This document shows positions 12,469-22,537 of a stretch of DNA of 64,000 nt, one piece after another (the first letter of the stretch is position 1; each line of letters opens with the position of its first letter). Origin of the DNA: Fonticula alba ATCC 38817 (Eukaryota > Protista > Nucleariida); assembly GCA_000388065.2 (NCBI GenBank), contig KB932201.1. One strand, written 5' to 3'. Under the pieces are notes generated by a model that was not told where the DNA came from, searched no databases, and saw nothing but the letters and a program-made list of their open reading frames with translations. The position numbers and the translations under genes are program-made.

Positions 12469-13138
12469 CCCCCCGGACACCCGGCCCACGCCTCCGCCGT
12501 GTCCAGCCTCGGGGCTCCCCCGGGGCGCATCTTTGGGCGGACCGAGATGAGGCGTCTTTGGTGGACTCCGGCCCATCGGCATATTCACGGGGGCGCGGAG
12601 GCCGAAACGCGACCGCCCGCCCCGCACCGGGGGGAAGAGGGGCCGCGAACCGGGCGAGGGAGCTCTCCTCCCCCCCCCCCTCCCCCCCCCGAGCCTTGGT
12701 TACTGCGGGGCTGGCTCATCATCCTGAAGCCGGAAAAGTGCCAGCAGCGATGAGCGTCTCCCGGAGCGCTCGGCCAGCCGCGCGGACTTGGTCCGTGCCA
12801 AGATGTCTTCGGAGGGCAGACGTGGAGGGGGCGAACACGATCTCCCTTTGTGTCGTGTGCTGTCCTGTGTGAGGCCCGCGTCGAGGACCATGGGTCCGGG
12901 GCGGCAGCGGGGAGAGGGGGGGGGGGGGGCCGGCAGCGGGGGGAGGGGAGCCCAAGGCCCCGAAGCTCCGGAGGGCCGAGAGATATATCAGCCGCCGGGA
13001 TCACTCCCAGCTCTCATCGGGCTGATGGCATCCTCCCTTACTGGCAGGCACCCCTCCTCCTCCTCCTTGCTTCTCTCCCCCTGCATCGACCCCTCGCGTG
13101 TTCCTCCCATTCGTCCGGATTGGGCGTCAGGCGCTCCC

Positions 13139-15423
13139 ATGTCCTACTCGCATAACCACCACTCGCGCGGAAGCGCCGACTACTACCCCTCCAGCGGTCA
13201 GCAGCCGCGTAGCTCCCTGCACGACCCGTACTCCGGTACCGGCGGGCATCTGCCCTATGATGACGATGCCGAGATGGGTGCCTCGCATTACGACCGCGAG
13301 CGCCAGGACCTCGAGCACCCGCCCCACCACCATCACCACCACCACCAGCAGGATGGCACGTATTACTCGGCCGAGAAGTCTCTTCTCGGTGGCGGCGAGG
13401 CTGCTCCCTCGGGCCCGGCTGGAGGCCCGGCCAACCCTGACATTGAGCCCGAGGCCAAGGGCCATCTGACCTTCCCTCTGCTGGTGTCTGTTTGTGCGTT
13501 CCCCCCTCCCCTTTTTTTTCGCCCCCCCCCCTGGCTCCTGCGCCGAAGGCTCCTTCTCCCTCTCGCCTGCCCTCCTCTCTGACCGTCCTTCCGTTTCGCC
13601 CCCCCCCCTCCCTCCCGCCGCCGCCGCCGCCGCCGCCCTCATCCACAACAGTCATTGCTGTGATTGGTGCCTTTAGCAACGGCTTCCACACCTCCGTCCT
13701 CAACACCTCGGGTGGTACCTTCCGCCATTGTGACCTGCTTGATGCGTCAAGCGCCGCCTCCAGTGTGGCCTCCAGTGCTGCCTCCAGTGTGGCCTCCAGC
13801 CTGGCCAGCTCCGCCGGTTTCGGCACCCTCGGCGAGATCCGAATCATTTTGCCAGATTGCTTCTACATGACCGATGGCATTTGGGGCACGATCATCGGCA
13901 TCTTTTCGATTGGTGGTCTGCTTGGCAGGTGCGCGCTCCCGGAAGCTTCCCCCTCCTGCGCTCCGCCCGCTCTCTCTCTCTCTCGCTCTGCGCCTTGGGG
14001 CGGTCCTCCGGCCCAGCTGGATACTTACCCTGTGTCCTGTTTGGCCCTCCTGTCGCCAGTCTCACGGCGGGTTACCTGTCCGACAAGTTCGGTCGCCGCC
14101 GCATGATGCTTTACAACACCGCCATCTCGGCCATCGGCACGGCCCTCATGGCCATCTCCTTCAATGAGCTGATGTTCGGCTTCGGGCGCTTCTTCGCCGG
14201 TTTCGGTGCCGGTGTCACCATCGTCGTGGTCCCCACTTACATTGGTGAGATGGCCCCGGTCCACCTCCGTGGTACTCTTGGTGTGATGAACCAGGTACGC
14301 CCGCGCGCCTCCCCCTGATGAGCGCGACTGCCCTCTCGGCCGCCCACATGTGCACACACTCGCGCCTGGTGCTCCCATGGACGCTGACCCTGCCCCCCCC
14401 CCCCCCCCCCCCCATCGGTGTGCGCGCGTCTAGCTGTCCATCACTTTCGGCATTCTCTTCGCCAACACCCTGTCCCTGTTCATGTCCACCCCGGAGCTCT
14501 GGCGGTGGCTCATCTCCTTCGGCATCTACATCCCCATCATCCAGGCCATGCTGCTGCCCTTCGCCCACGAGTCTCCCAAGTGGCTGTACATGAAGAAGCG
14601 CTTCCACGAGTCGCGCGAGACCATGTCCCTCATCCGTGGCATTCCCCTGTCCAACGATGAGGACCCCACTGCCATGCTCTCTGACGGCGACCTCAACGAC
14701 CTGGATCCGGACTCCCTGCCCTCCGAGCGCCCGGGCAAGGCCGCCCCCCGGCGCCGCATCACGGTCTTCGAGATTGCCAACGACAAGACCCTGTTCTTCC
14801 CGCTGCTTGTGACCGTTGTCCTGCTGGTGGCCCAGCAGTTCTCCGGCATCAACGCCATCTTCTTCTACTCGACCGGCATCTTCTCCGACGCCTTCCCCAA
14901 CAAGGCCGGCCACATTACCGTCGCCGTGTCGGCCTTCAATGTTTTCATGACGATCTTCGCCTCGTCGGTCATCGATCGCCTGGGCCGGCGTTTCCTGCTC
15001 CTGGTGTGCCATATCGGCATGATCGTCATGGGTGTCATCTTCACCGCGGCCTATGTCAGCAATGTCGACTGGCTGGAGGTCCTGTCGGTCTTCCTGTTTG
15101 TGGCCTTCTTTGCCGTGTCTCTCGGCCCGATCCCGGTTATCCTTCTGTCGGAGGTCTTCCCCACGCATGCCCTGTCGGCCGCCTCCTCGGTGGCTCTGGC
15201 CTTCAACTGGATCTCCACCTACACCATTGCCCAGACTTTCCCCCTGGTGTCGGGTGCCATCTCGGGCTACGCCTTCCTGCCCTTCGTCGTGGCCTTGGTC
15301 CTGTCTCTGATCTTCACTTGGCGCTTTGTGCCCGAGACTCGTGGCCGCCCGGTCAATGTCAACCACGCCGCCCTGCAGTCCGCCTCGTCGGCCTGGGCCG
15401 CCATTCAGGAGGGCAGCAAGTAG
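13139..15423 (+). CDS. MFS sugar porter (GLUT/SLC2A-like hexose transporter); multi-exon
   Basis: Sugar porter motifs DKFGRR, YIGEMAPVHLRG, HESPKWL, QQFSGINAIFFYS, DRLGRR, GPIP..LSEVFP and VPETRGR, with about 12 hydrophobic segments. His-rich N-terminal extension. Stop TAG at 15421-15423. Confidence 0.95.
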
Positions 15424-15820
15424 GACATCTTCGGCTGCTCTGGCACGCGCCTCTCCAGCCATGCGCCATCATTGGTGCGCCTGCGCGCCTGTTTGCGCGC
15501 ACACGCACGCGCGCATGCCCACTTCCCCCTTTCCCCGCTTCTTCAAATACACTACAAATACTCCAGATTGCCCCGGCTCCGCCAGTAAATCCCATCTTTC
15601 TCTCCTTCTCTCGGCTCTTCGCTGCCTCTCCTTGCGCGACATGCAGTGCATCTGGCCTCAAATGCATGGGATGGGTGGGCACACACGCCTATGTGCGTGC
15701 ATTCACACCCACACATACACCCACACACACCCACAACATGCACGCGCATAGCGACTCTATTGACCTTCAAAGATCGGCGCCACACAGGAAAGACGGGCGA
15801 AGATGGCATCTACTTGCCTA

Positions 15821-18346
15821 TCAGTTGCGCTTGTTATCCATCCTCTCCAGCGATCGGAGGTAATCGGAGTCCGTGAAAAGCGTCTCAGCCATCCGCCGAC
15901 GGTAGTAACGTGCCCGAACCAGGACACGTGGGTCCAGGTGGGCCTCCAGCCGGGCCAGTGCCTCGGGCGAGGGGGCATCCCTCGGGGTAAGCTGCTCCTG
16001 GCGCAGCTCCGCCGCCAGCGGATCCAACGACGGGCTGATATACCGACAGGAGAGGTACACAGAGCCCAGGTCGTGACCGTGGGCATGGAAGCCACGGCCA
16101 TCATCACTGGAATCCGCGGCCAACAGAGTCAGGTAATCCAAGAAGAGCGGGTCCTCGGCCTGATAGTGCGGATCTTCGGCCAAACGCGGACGAGCCGGGT
16201 CTGCCCGGGGGTGATCTTTGAGGGAGTACCGCCGACGGTCGGTTACAAAGAGGTGCGGGTCGGCATCCGGATCGGCATCCGACCGACGGACGAGCGTCTC
16301 CCCGTCGGCCCCCTCGCCGGCCGGCCGAATCATCCATCCGTCGCCGGAAAGTGAGGCAGCATAGAACGGCAGTGCCATGATCAGGGCAGCCACATTCAGC
16401 TCGCCAAAGCGCATGGTGTCCCCTCGGAGAATGGCCTGAATCAGGCGATGCAAGTGCGTCGGCGTGAGGAAGGCCTTGGCTCGACGGCCGGACCGGGTGT
16501 CCTGCAGACACGCGCGCTGATTTGTGCGCCGAGAGGACAGGCGCAGGATGGGCATCGACCCGCGACGGATCAGGTGTCCGCGCAGCGGGGCCACGGCCGA
16601 GCGACCGGACTGCTCGGGTGCCAGGCCGACAGGGAATTCCGGCATGGCTGCCGTGTTGTCTTCGGAGGTGTCGGCGGCCGGCTGCAAGCCTGGCGGCTGC
16701 GTTGCGGCAGCCTCCGCGGCCGCAGCGGCTTCGGCCTCGGCCGCGTGCTGCGCCGCGCGGAGCTGCAATGCCACAAGGGGACTCATGTGTCGGGTGGCCG
16801 CGGCTTCGAGAGCGGCCGGCGGGAGCTTCGGCTCGGCAGCCAATTCCTCAAGCGTGGGGATGGCCGGCGGCGGAGCATTGGGATCGAAGCTGCTTCCGTC
16901 TTCCCACTCGGCCTCGGAGCCGGAATCCGGCTCCTCCAGGTCCGAATGCTGGGGGGTGTCCTCCTTGGCGGGGGCCATTCCGCTGGCCGCGAGTGCGGTT
17001 GCTTGGGACATGCCCTGGCGCTGGCGGCGGAACCGCTGCCGGAGACTAGCGTCCAGCATGTTATGCAGGCCATTCGGCGTGTGGTTGATCGTTGTGCCAA
17101 AGCCAATGAACAGCAGCCGGGGGTGAACCGTGCGCTTCCAGCGCTCCAGCGGGTCGGCCAGGTGCCGGCTTCGCCAGGCGGCTGTCAGCTCCTCCGGCGT
17201 CGGGGGCACGGTCGGACTCACGGGCGGAGCCCCGGCAGCCGCCGCACGAACCCGATGCAGGCTCGTCTCCAGCAGGCGCAAGTCCGGCGAGTCGGCTCCC
17301 AGGTAGTCCAGGATTTGACGAACTCGATCCAGATGGTGGATGGCCGGTCGGCCGGTCTGTGGGCAAACTTGCGCGTCGAGACCCAACTGCACCTCTTGAC
17401 TGCTCCAGTCCAGGCCGTAGAGCGGCCGGCGGGCATAGCGCTCTGGCGACATGGCCAGGCGCTGGATCAGCAAGGGTGGCAGTGGAACCACCAGCGGAAT
17501 GTGGGACACCATTTCAATCACCACAGTGTAGCTCCAGTTCAGTTTCTGACAAAGCTCATCGTCGTTCGCGAGGTGAAGGCGCTGCATTTGCCAGGGAAAC
17601 CGGGGAAGGAGGAGGGAAGGCGGGGACGTTGTCAGGCCAGGCATCTCGCTTTGCGTGTGGCGGCCGGGGAAGCCGGGACCAAGGGATGATCGATGTGTGC
17701 GAGAGAAAGAGAAAGAGAGAGAGAAGGAGTGGCTGCTGCTTGGATGGGTGCTCGATGCCGGGAGACGCACGTTCAGGAGCATTTCCGCCAGCCGACGAAG
17801 GCGCCGCTTGATGTGGGGCTTCTTGCAGCAGCGCGCCAGGAAGAACATGTACTGCGCACAGTCAGATGCAACGGACAGGAGCTCGGGCTTCGGGGTGGGA
17901 GGATTCCCGGGATGGGAGGCGCCACGCGGCCTCGCGAGCGGGCTCCGCCGGCTGAAAACCGAGGCGAGGGCAATTTTCTCCAAAGCCTGAGGCAGCGAAG
18001 GCCGCAGAGAAATGGCTCCGACATCCACGGCGGCGACCGTGGCCGCCAACTGGGCCGAATGCTCAGCATGGTAGTTGTGGTGCGCCAAGAAGTCGGCCGG
18101 CGTGAGAGCCGGCAAGGTAGGCCGGCCCACCCGCCGACTGAAAGGGTGTGGTAGCTCCAGCGTCATTCCGGGCTGGGGATACACCCGCGTGTATCCGCGC
18201 TGTGGAGGATGGCGGCACCGCTGCTGCTGCTGCTGCTGCTGCTGATGGTGGTGATGGCTGGTGACGGTGGCGGCGGTCATTGGTGCAACACGCCAGAAGG
18301 CCGGCGGCCGGGTGCCGCAGCGGCCGAGAGCCACCATCAGAGACAT
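15821..18346 (-). CDS. Fe/Mn-SOD-fold-like protein with a mitochondrial-type presequence; probably catalytically inactive (mS42/mS43-like?)
   Basis: ATG 18346 and one 189-nt GT-AG intron (17582-17770) give about 778 aa. The N-terminus is Arg-rich and acid-free, ending QRGY. SOD N-domain-like segments are TLELPHPF...LTPADFLAHHNYH and LLSVASDCAQYMFFL. C-domain-like segments are LIQAIL...LSGDGWMI and RYY...DYLRSL. Confidence 0.6.
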   Translation of the reverse strand: MSLMVALGRCGTRPPAFWRVAPMTAATVTSHHHHQQQQQQQQRCRHPPQRGYTRVYPQPGMTLELPHPFSRRVGRPTLPALTPADFLAHHNYHAEHSAQLAATVAAVDVGAISLRPSLPQALEKIALASVFSRRSPLARPRGASHPGNPPTPKPELLSVASDCAQYMFFLARCCKKPHIKRRLRRLAEMLLNVRLPASSTHPSSSHSFSLSFSFSRTHRSSLGPGFPGRHTQSEMPGLTTSPPSLLLPRFPWQMQRLHLANDDELCQKLNWSYTVVIEMVSHIPLVVPLPPLLIQRLAMSPERYARRPLYGLDWSSQEVQLGLDAQVCPQTGRPAIHHLDRVRQILDYLGADSPDLRLLETSLHRVRAAAAGAPPVSPTVPPTPEELTAAWRSRHLADPLERWKRTVHPRLLFIGFGTTINHTPNGLHNMLDASLRQRFRRQRQGMSQATALAASGMAPAKEDTPQHSDLEEPDSGSEAEWEDGSSFDPNAPPPAIPTLEELAAEPKLPPAALEAAATRHMSPLVALQLRAAQHAAEAEAAAAAEAAATQPPGLQPAADTSEDNTAAMPEFPVGLAPEQSGRSAVAPLRGHLIRRGSMPILRLSSRRTNQRACLQDTRSGRRAKAFLTPTHLHRLIQAILRGDTMRFGELNVAALIMALPFYAASLSGDGWMIRPAGEGADGETLVRRSDADPDADPHLFVTDRRRYSLKDHPRADPARPRLAEDPHYQAEDPLFLDYLTLLAADSSDDGRGFHAHGHDLGSVYLSCRYISPSLDPLAAELRQEQLTPRDAPSPEALARLEAHLDPRVLVRARYYRRRMAETLFTDSDYLRSLERMDNKRN

Positions 18347-19077
18347 GACGGGGAAGTTCGCGGCCAGGGAGAGGGGGAAGAGGAGAAAGACAGGAAGGGG
18401 AAGAGGGGGGCGGGAGGGGGAGGGATGGGAGGAGCAAAGAGGAGAGCAAGCAAAGGGGGGGGCCGGGGGTGCACTCGCCACTGGTGGAAAGAGGGTCGCG
18501 CTGCACGCGGCTTTTGTACCGAAGGGGGATCGCCTAAAGCCCCGACCGGATCCCCACGCACGCCGGCCCCTCCCCGGACGTCGATCTCTTGCCAGGTGGG
18601 GCGGCGCAAGAGGGCCCAAGCTGCCACCGGTCGGATGGGCCTCGTGAACGCGCGGGGGGGGGGGGGGGNNNNNNNNNNNNNNNNNNNNNNNNNNNNNNNN
18701 NNNNNNNNNNNNNNNNNNNNNNNNNNNNNNNNNNNNNNNNNNNNNNNNNNNNNNNNNNNNNNNNNNNNNNNNNNNNNNNNNNNNNNNNNNNNNNNNNNNN
18801 NNNNNNNNNNNNNNNNNNNNNNNNNNNNNNNNNNNNNNNNNNNNNNNNNNNNNNNNNNNNNNNNNNNNNNNCGGAGGAGACACCGTCTTGGCAAGCGGGG
18901 GGGGGGGGGGTCCTCGTTTGTGGTATTTCAAATGTTTATTGGTTATGGACCGGGTTTTCCGCCGGTGCGCTGGGCAGGGAGCAGTGCGGGGGAGAGGCGT
19001 GCGGCACGCAGATTGGCGGGGCAGCCCCCGGGGAGGACACACACACACACACACACATACGCACACACGTACGCGAC

Positions 19078-20635
19078 CTAGCCCTTCTTGCTGGCACGCA
19101 TGGCCGACTTGACCGCCTTGCGGATGGCCCGCTCGGCGTCCTTGGTCTTGGGCTTCTGCTTGTCACGCTTCTTCTCGGCCTTCTCCTGCTTCTTCTGCTT
19201 CTTGCTCTCGGCCTTGGCAGCGGCCTTGGCAGCGGCCTTGGCAGCGGCCTTCTGCTCCTTCTTGGCCAGCTTCTTGTCAGCAGAGGAGGAGGAAGAGGAA
19301 GAGGAGGACTTCGACCGCTTGGGGGCCGGGGCCTCAGGGGCCTCGGTCTCCTGCTGGTCGTCACTCTCATCATCGGTGGAGCGGGCGCGCTTTGCCCGGG
19401 ACTCAGGAGCCGCACGACCCTCGGCCTCGGCGGCGCGCTGCTTGAAATAATCGAACATCGACACCGACTGGGTGATGGTCTTCACCCCGCCGAGGGTCTC
19501 AGAGTCCGAGTCGTCCGAGTCATCGGAATCCGACCCACCTCCCAGGCCCATTCCGCCGAAGCCCAGCCCGCTGCCGGAGTCCTCGTTGTTGGAATCCCCA
19601 TTGGCATCGCGCTTCTTGCTCTTCTTGGTCACGGACATCCGGCTGGAAGCGAAGATGGCATCCATGTCCTTCTTCTCGTAGGTGGACAGGTCCTTGCTCT
19701 GGACAAAGCGCCGGTACAGCAGGTTGCGCCGGGTCTGCGACCGAGCCGGGGCGGGCTGCTCGGACGCCGCTTCGCCCTCGGTCGAGGGGTTGGCAAAAGC
19801 GCTGTTCAGGTCAGCCAACACATCATTGAAGGCCATGGCATTCTCCAGCCAGTTGTCGCCAGTGTTACGGTCCGCGCCGATGCCTGCGCCCAGGGGCAAG
19901 CGAGAGAGGGAGAAAGGCAGGCAGTAGGAGGTAGGCAAGTCAGCATGGATGGGCAGCGAGCCGCAGGCGGGGGGGGGGGGGGGGGGGGGAAAGCATCAAC
20001 ACGTTGCGAACATACCGCGGTTATCCGTGCGCATGGTCACCTTGATGTGGGATGTGAGGCCCTGGCGCTGACGTCCAAGACCATCGCCGGTGTTCCAGCC
20101 CATGGACTTCAGCATCCGATGTCCATAACCAGTCTCATCTGTGCGCGTGCGGGGGGGGNNNNNNNNNNNNNNNNNNNNNNNNNNNNNNNNNNNNNNNNNN
20201 NNNNNNNNNNNNNNNNNNNNNNNNNNNNNNNNNNNNNNNNNNNNNNNNNNNNNNNNNNNNNNNNNNNNNNNNNNNNNNNNNNNNNNNNNNNNNNNNNNNN
20301 NNNNNNNNNNNNNNNNNNNNNNNNNNNNNNNNNNNNNNNNNNNNNNNNNNNNNNNNNNNNNNNNNNNNNNNNNNNNNNNNNNNNNNNNNNNNNNNNNNNN
20401 NNNNNNNNNNNNNNNNNNNNNNNNNNNNNNNNNNNNNNNNNNNNNNNNNNNNNNNNNNNNNNNNNNNNNNNNNNNNNNNNNNNNNNNNNNNNNNNNNNNN
20501 NNNNNNNNNNNNNNNNNNNNNNNNNNNNNNNNNNNNNNNNNNNNNNNNGGGGGGGGGTGGGGGGGGGGCGAAAAGAACGCACGCTGCTGTGGGAAGGATC
20601 GACAAGGCTAGTGCCAACGTATCTGGTCCTCGAGG
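19078..20635 (-). CDS. PINX1: PINX1/Pxr1(Gno1) G-patch protein; 5' exons partly hidden in a gap, start codon not located
   Basis: G-patch GYGHRMLKSMGWNTGDGLGRQRQGLTSHIKV, then GIGADRNTGDNWLENAMAFNDVLADLN. Conserved central motif LYRRFVQSKDLSTYEKKDMDAIF and a KKE/A-rich tail. A putative upstream exon at 20583-20635 reads SRTRYVGTSLVDPSHSS. Confidence 0.9.
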
Positions 20636-21350
20636 CTAAATCCGAAGAACGGCATTCGGGGGATCAGAGGGCGCATGCTGTCCATGGAGATCTGGGCATT
20701 AGCAATTCAGATCGATGATCCACGCAATCCCGCGGGCCGGGGACGGGGACAACGGGGGGGGGGGGGGGGCACAAGAAGGGCCGCGCGTGGCTTGGATGCT
20801 GCTTATATGTGTGTGGGGGCTCTTGGTCAGCCTGTACTGGGCACGGGTGGCTGCCCGGCAACATGCCCCTTTTTGCCCAGGAAGCGGCGCAAACAGGGGA
20901 AGAGATATGCCCCCTCATGCGGGGGCGGGTGAGGGGGGGGGGGGACGCCACGAGACCCAGGCTGGTCCAGGGCATTTCCGGAGATCCCTCCGCCCTTTTC
21001 TCCTTCTCGGGGATGGATCCCCCGGCCGGATGCTGAAGAGGCACTCGAAGAAGAGGCCCGAGGCGCACCCGCACCCCCGCCCCCTCCACCCACCCCCAAC
21101 CAGCTTTCCTCCTGTCTGCTCCCTGCCATACATTTCCTCCCTCCCCCCTCCCTCCTCGTATTACCTCCTCTCCTCCCTCGCCGCCAGTTCACGTACCTCC
21201 CCACCGACTCGACGATCACTCGCTCCATTCCCTCCTCGCTCCCCCTCTGTCTGCGCTGCGCTGCGCTGCGCTGCGCTGCACTGCGCTGAACTGACCGAAT
21301 GATGCTTCCTCCACCCGCCCCTGCCTCATGAAGCCCCTGCCCCTCGCTAA

Positions 21351-22460
21351 ATGTCCCATCGCAAGCTCGCCCAGCAGTCCGGTCTCGGCCGCGCCCTGCG
21401 CCGTGACCGCGGTCTGAACCGTCGCCAGGTCAATGGCGACCCGTATCTCCACAGCACCGAGATGGATGATGGCCCGAACTGGATGAAGATGCAGTCGATT
21501 ACCGACCGCGGTGTATGTGCAAACCCCCCATTGCCCGCCTGCCTCCCCGCTCTCCTTCACACTTCCCTCTGGCTCCACCTCTCCGGTCTTTCTGCTCTCT
21601 GACACACACCGACGCACACATACGCGCACGCTCATGCGTCCAGGATCTCGAGGAGTTCCTGAACGTAGCTCAGCTGGCCGACAAGGAGTTCACCGCCGAA
21701 CGCCGGAACATCACCGTCATCATGGGCGACCACCGGAACATGCTGGAGTCCAACCTTGATGACGAGGCCCTGACCCATGAGCTGGTCATCCGAAGCAAGG
21801 ATGAGCTGAGTGTTCCCCGGCGCCCGGCCTGGTCTCGGACCATGACTCGTGAGGAGCTCGACAAGATGGAGCGCGACGCCTTCCTCGAGTGGCGCCGCTC
21901 CCTGGCCAGGTGCGTGGCGTCTGTCCCCCTCCGGCCTCCTGGTTCCCGGTGTTTCCCTTCGCCCACTCACCACCTTCCCCCCTTTGCCCTGTGTTTCCCC
22001 CGACCGCCAACACAGCATCCAGGACACGGAGAAGATCCACATGACGCCCTTCGAGCGTAACATCGAGGTTTGGCGCCAGCTGTGGCGCGTGGTTGATCGT
22101 TCGTGCGTGCCCTTCGCCCTCGCCGATTTCCCCCCTCCGCCGCCCTCTGTGCCCTCCGTTCTTGCGGGCGTGTTCCACTGACCTGCCTGCCTCCCTCCCT
22201 CCCTTGGCCGGCCGATCCCCCCCAGTCACGTTCTTGTTCAGATCGTGGACGCTCGTAACCCGGAGCTCTTCCGCTGCCCGGACCTGGAGCGCTATGTCCT
22301 GGAGGTTGGCGCCTCCAAGAAAAACCTTCTGCTGGTCAACAAGTCGGATCTCCTGACCCCCGAGCAGCGGTACGCCCTGGCCCCGATCCCCCCCCCCCCC
22401 TCTGATCTTTCGGTGCCCCTCTCCCGCTTTCGGCCCTTGAGGCTAACCCACTCGCTCTCC

Positions 22461-22537
<77 letters not shown>

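Noticed and set aside
11549-12872. Long ORFs spanning N runs (also at 18.6, 20.1, 24.9, 41.3, 48.9 and 63.7 kb)
   Set aside because: Their length is an artefact of translating through assembly gaps.
20636-21350. Idea that the window's bHLH factor regulates the neighbouring ribosome-biogenesis genes via E-boxes
   Set aside because: I found no CACGTG in the PINX1-LSG1 spacer. The scattered CACGTG hits elsewhere are compatible with chance.
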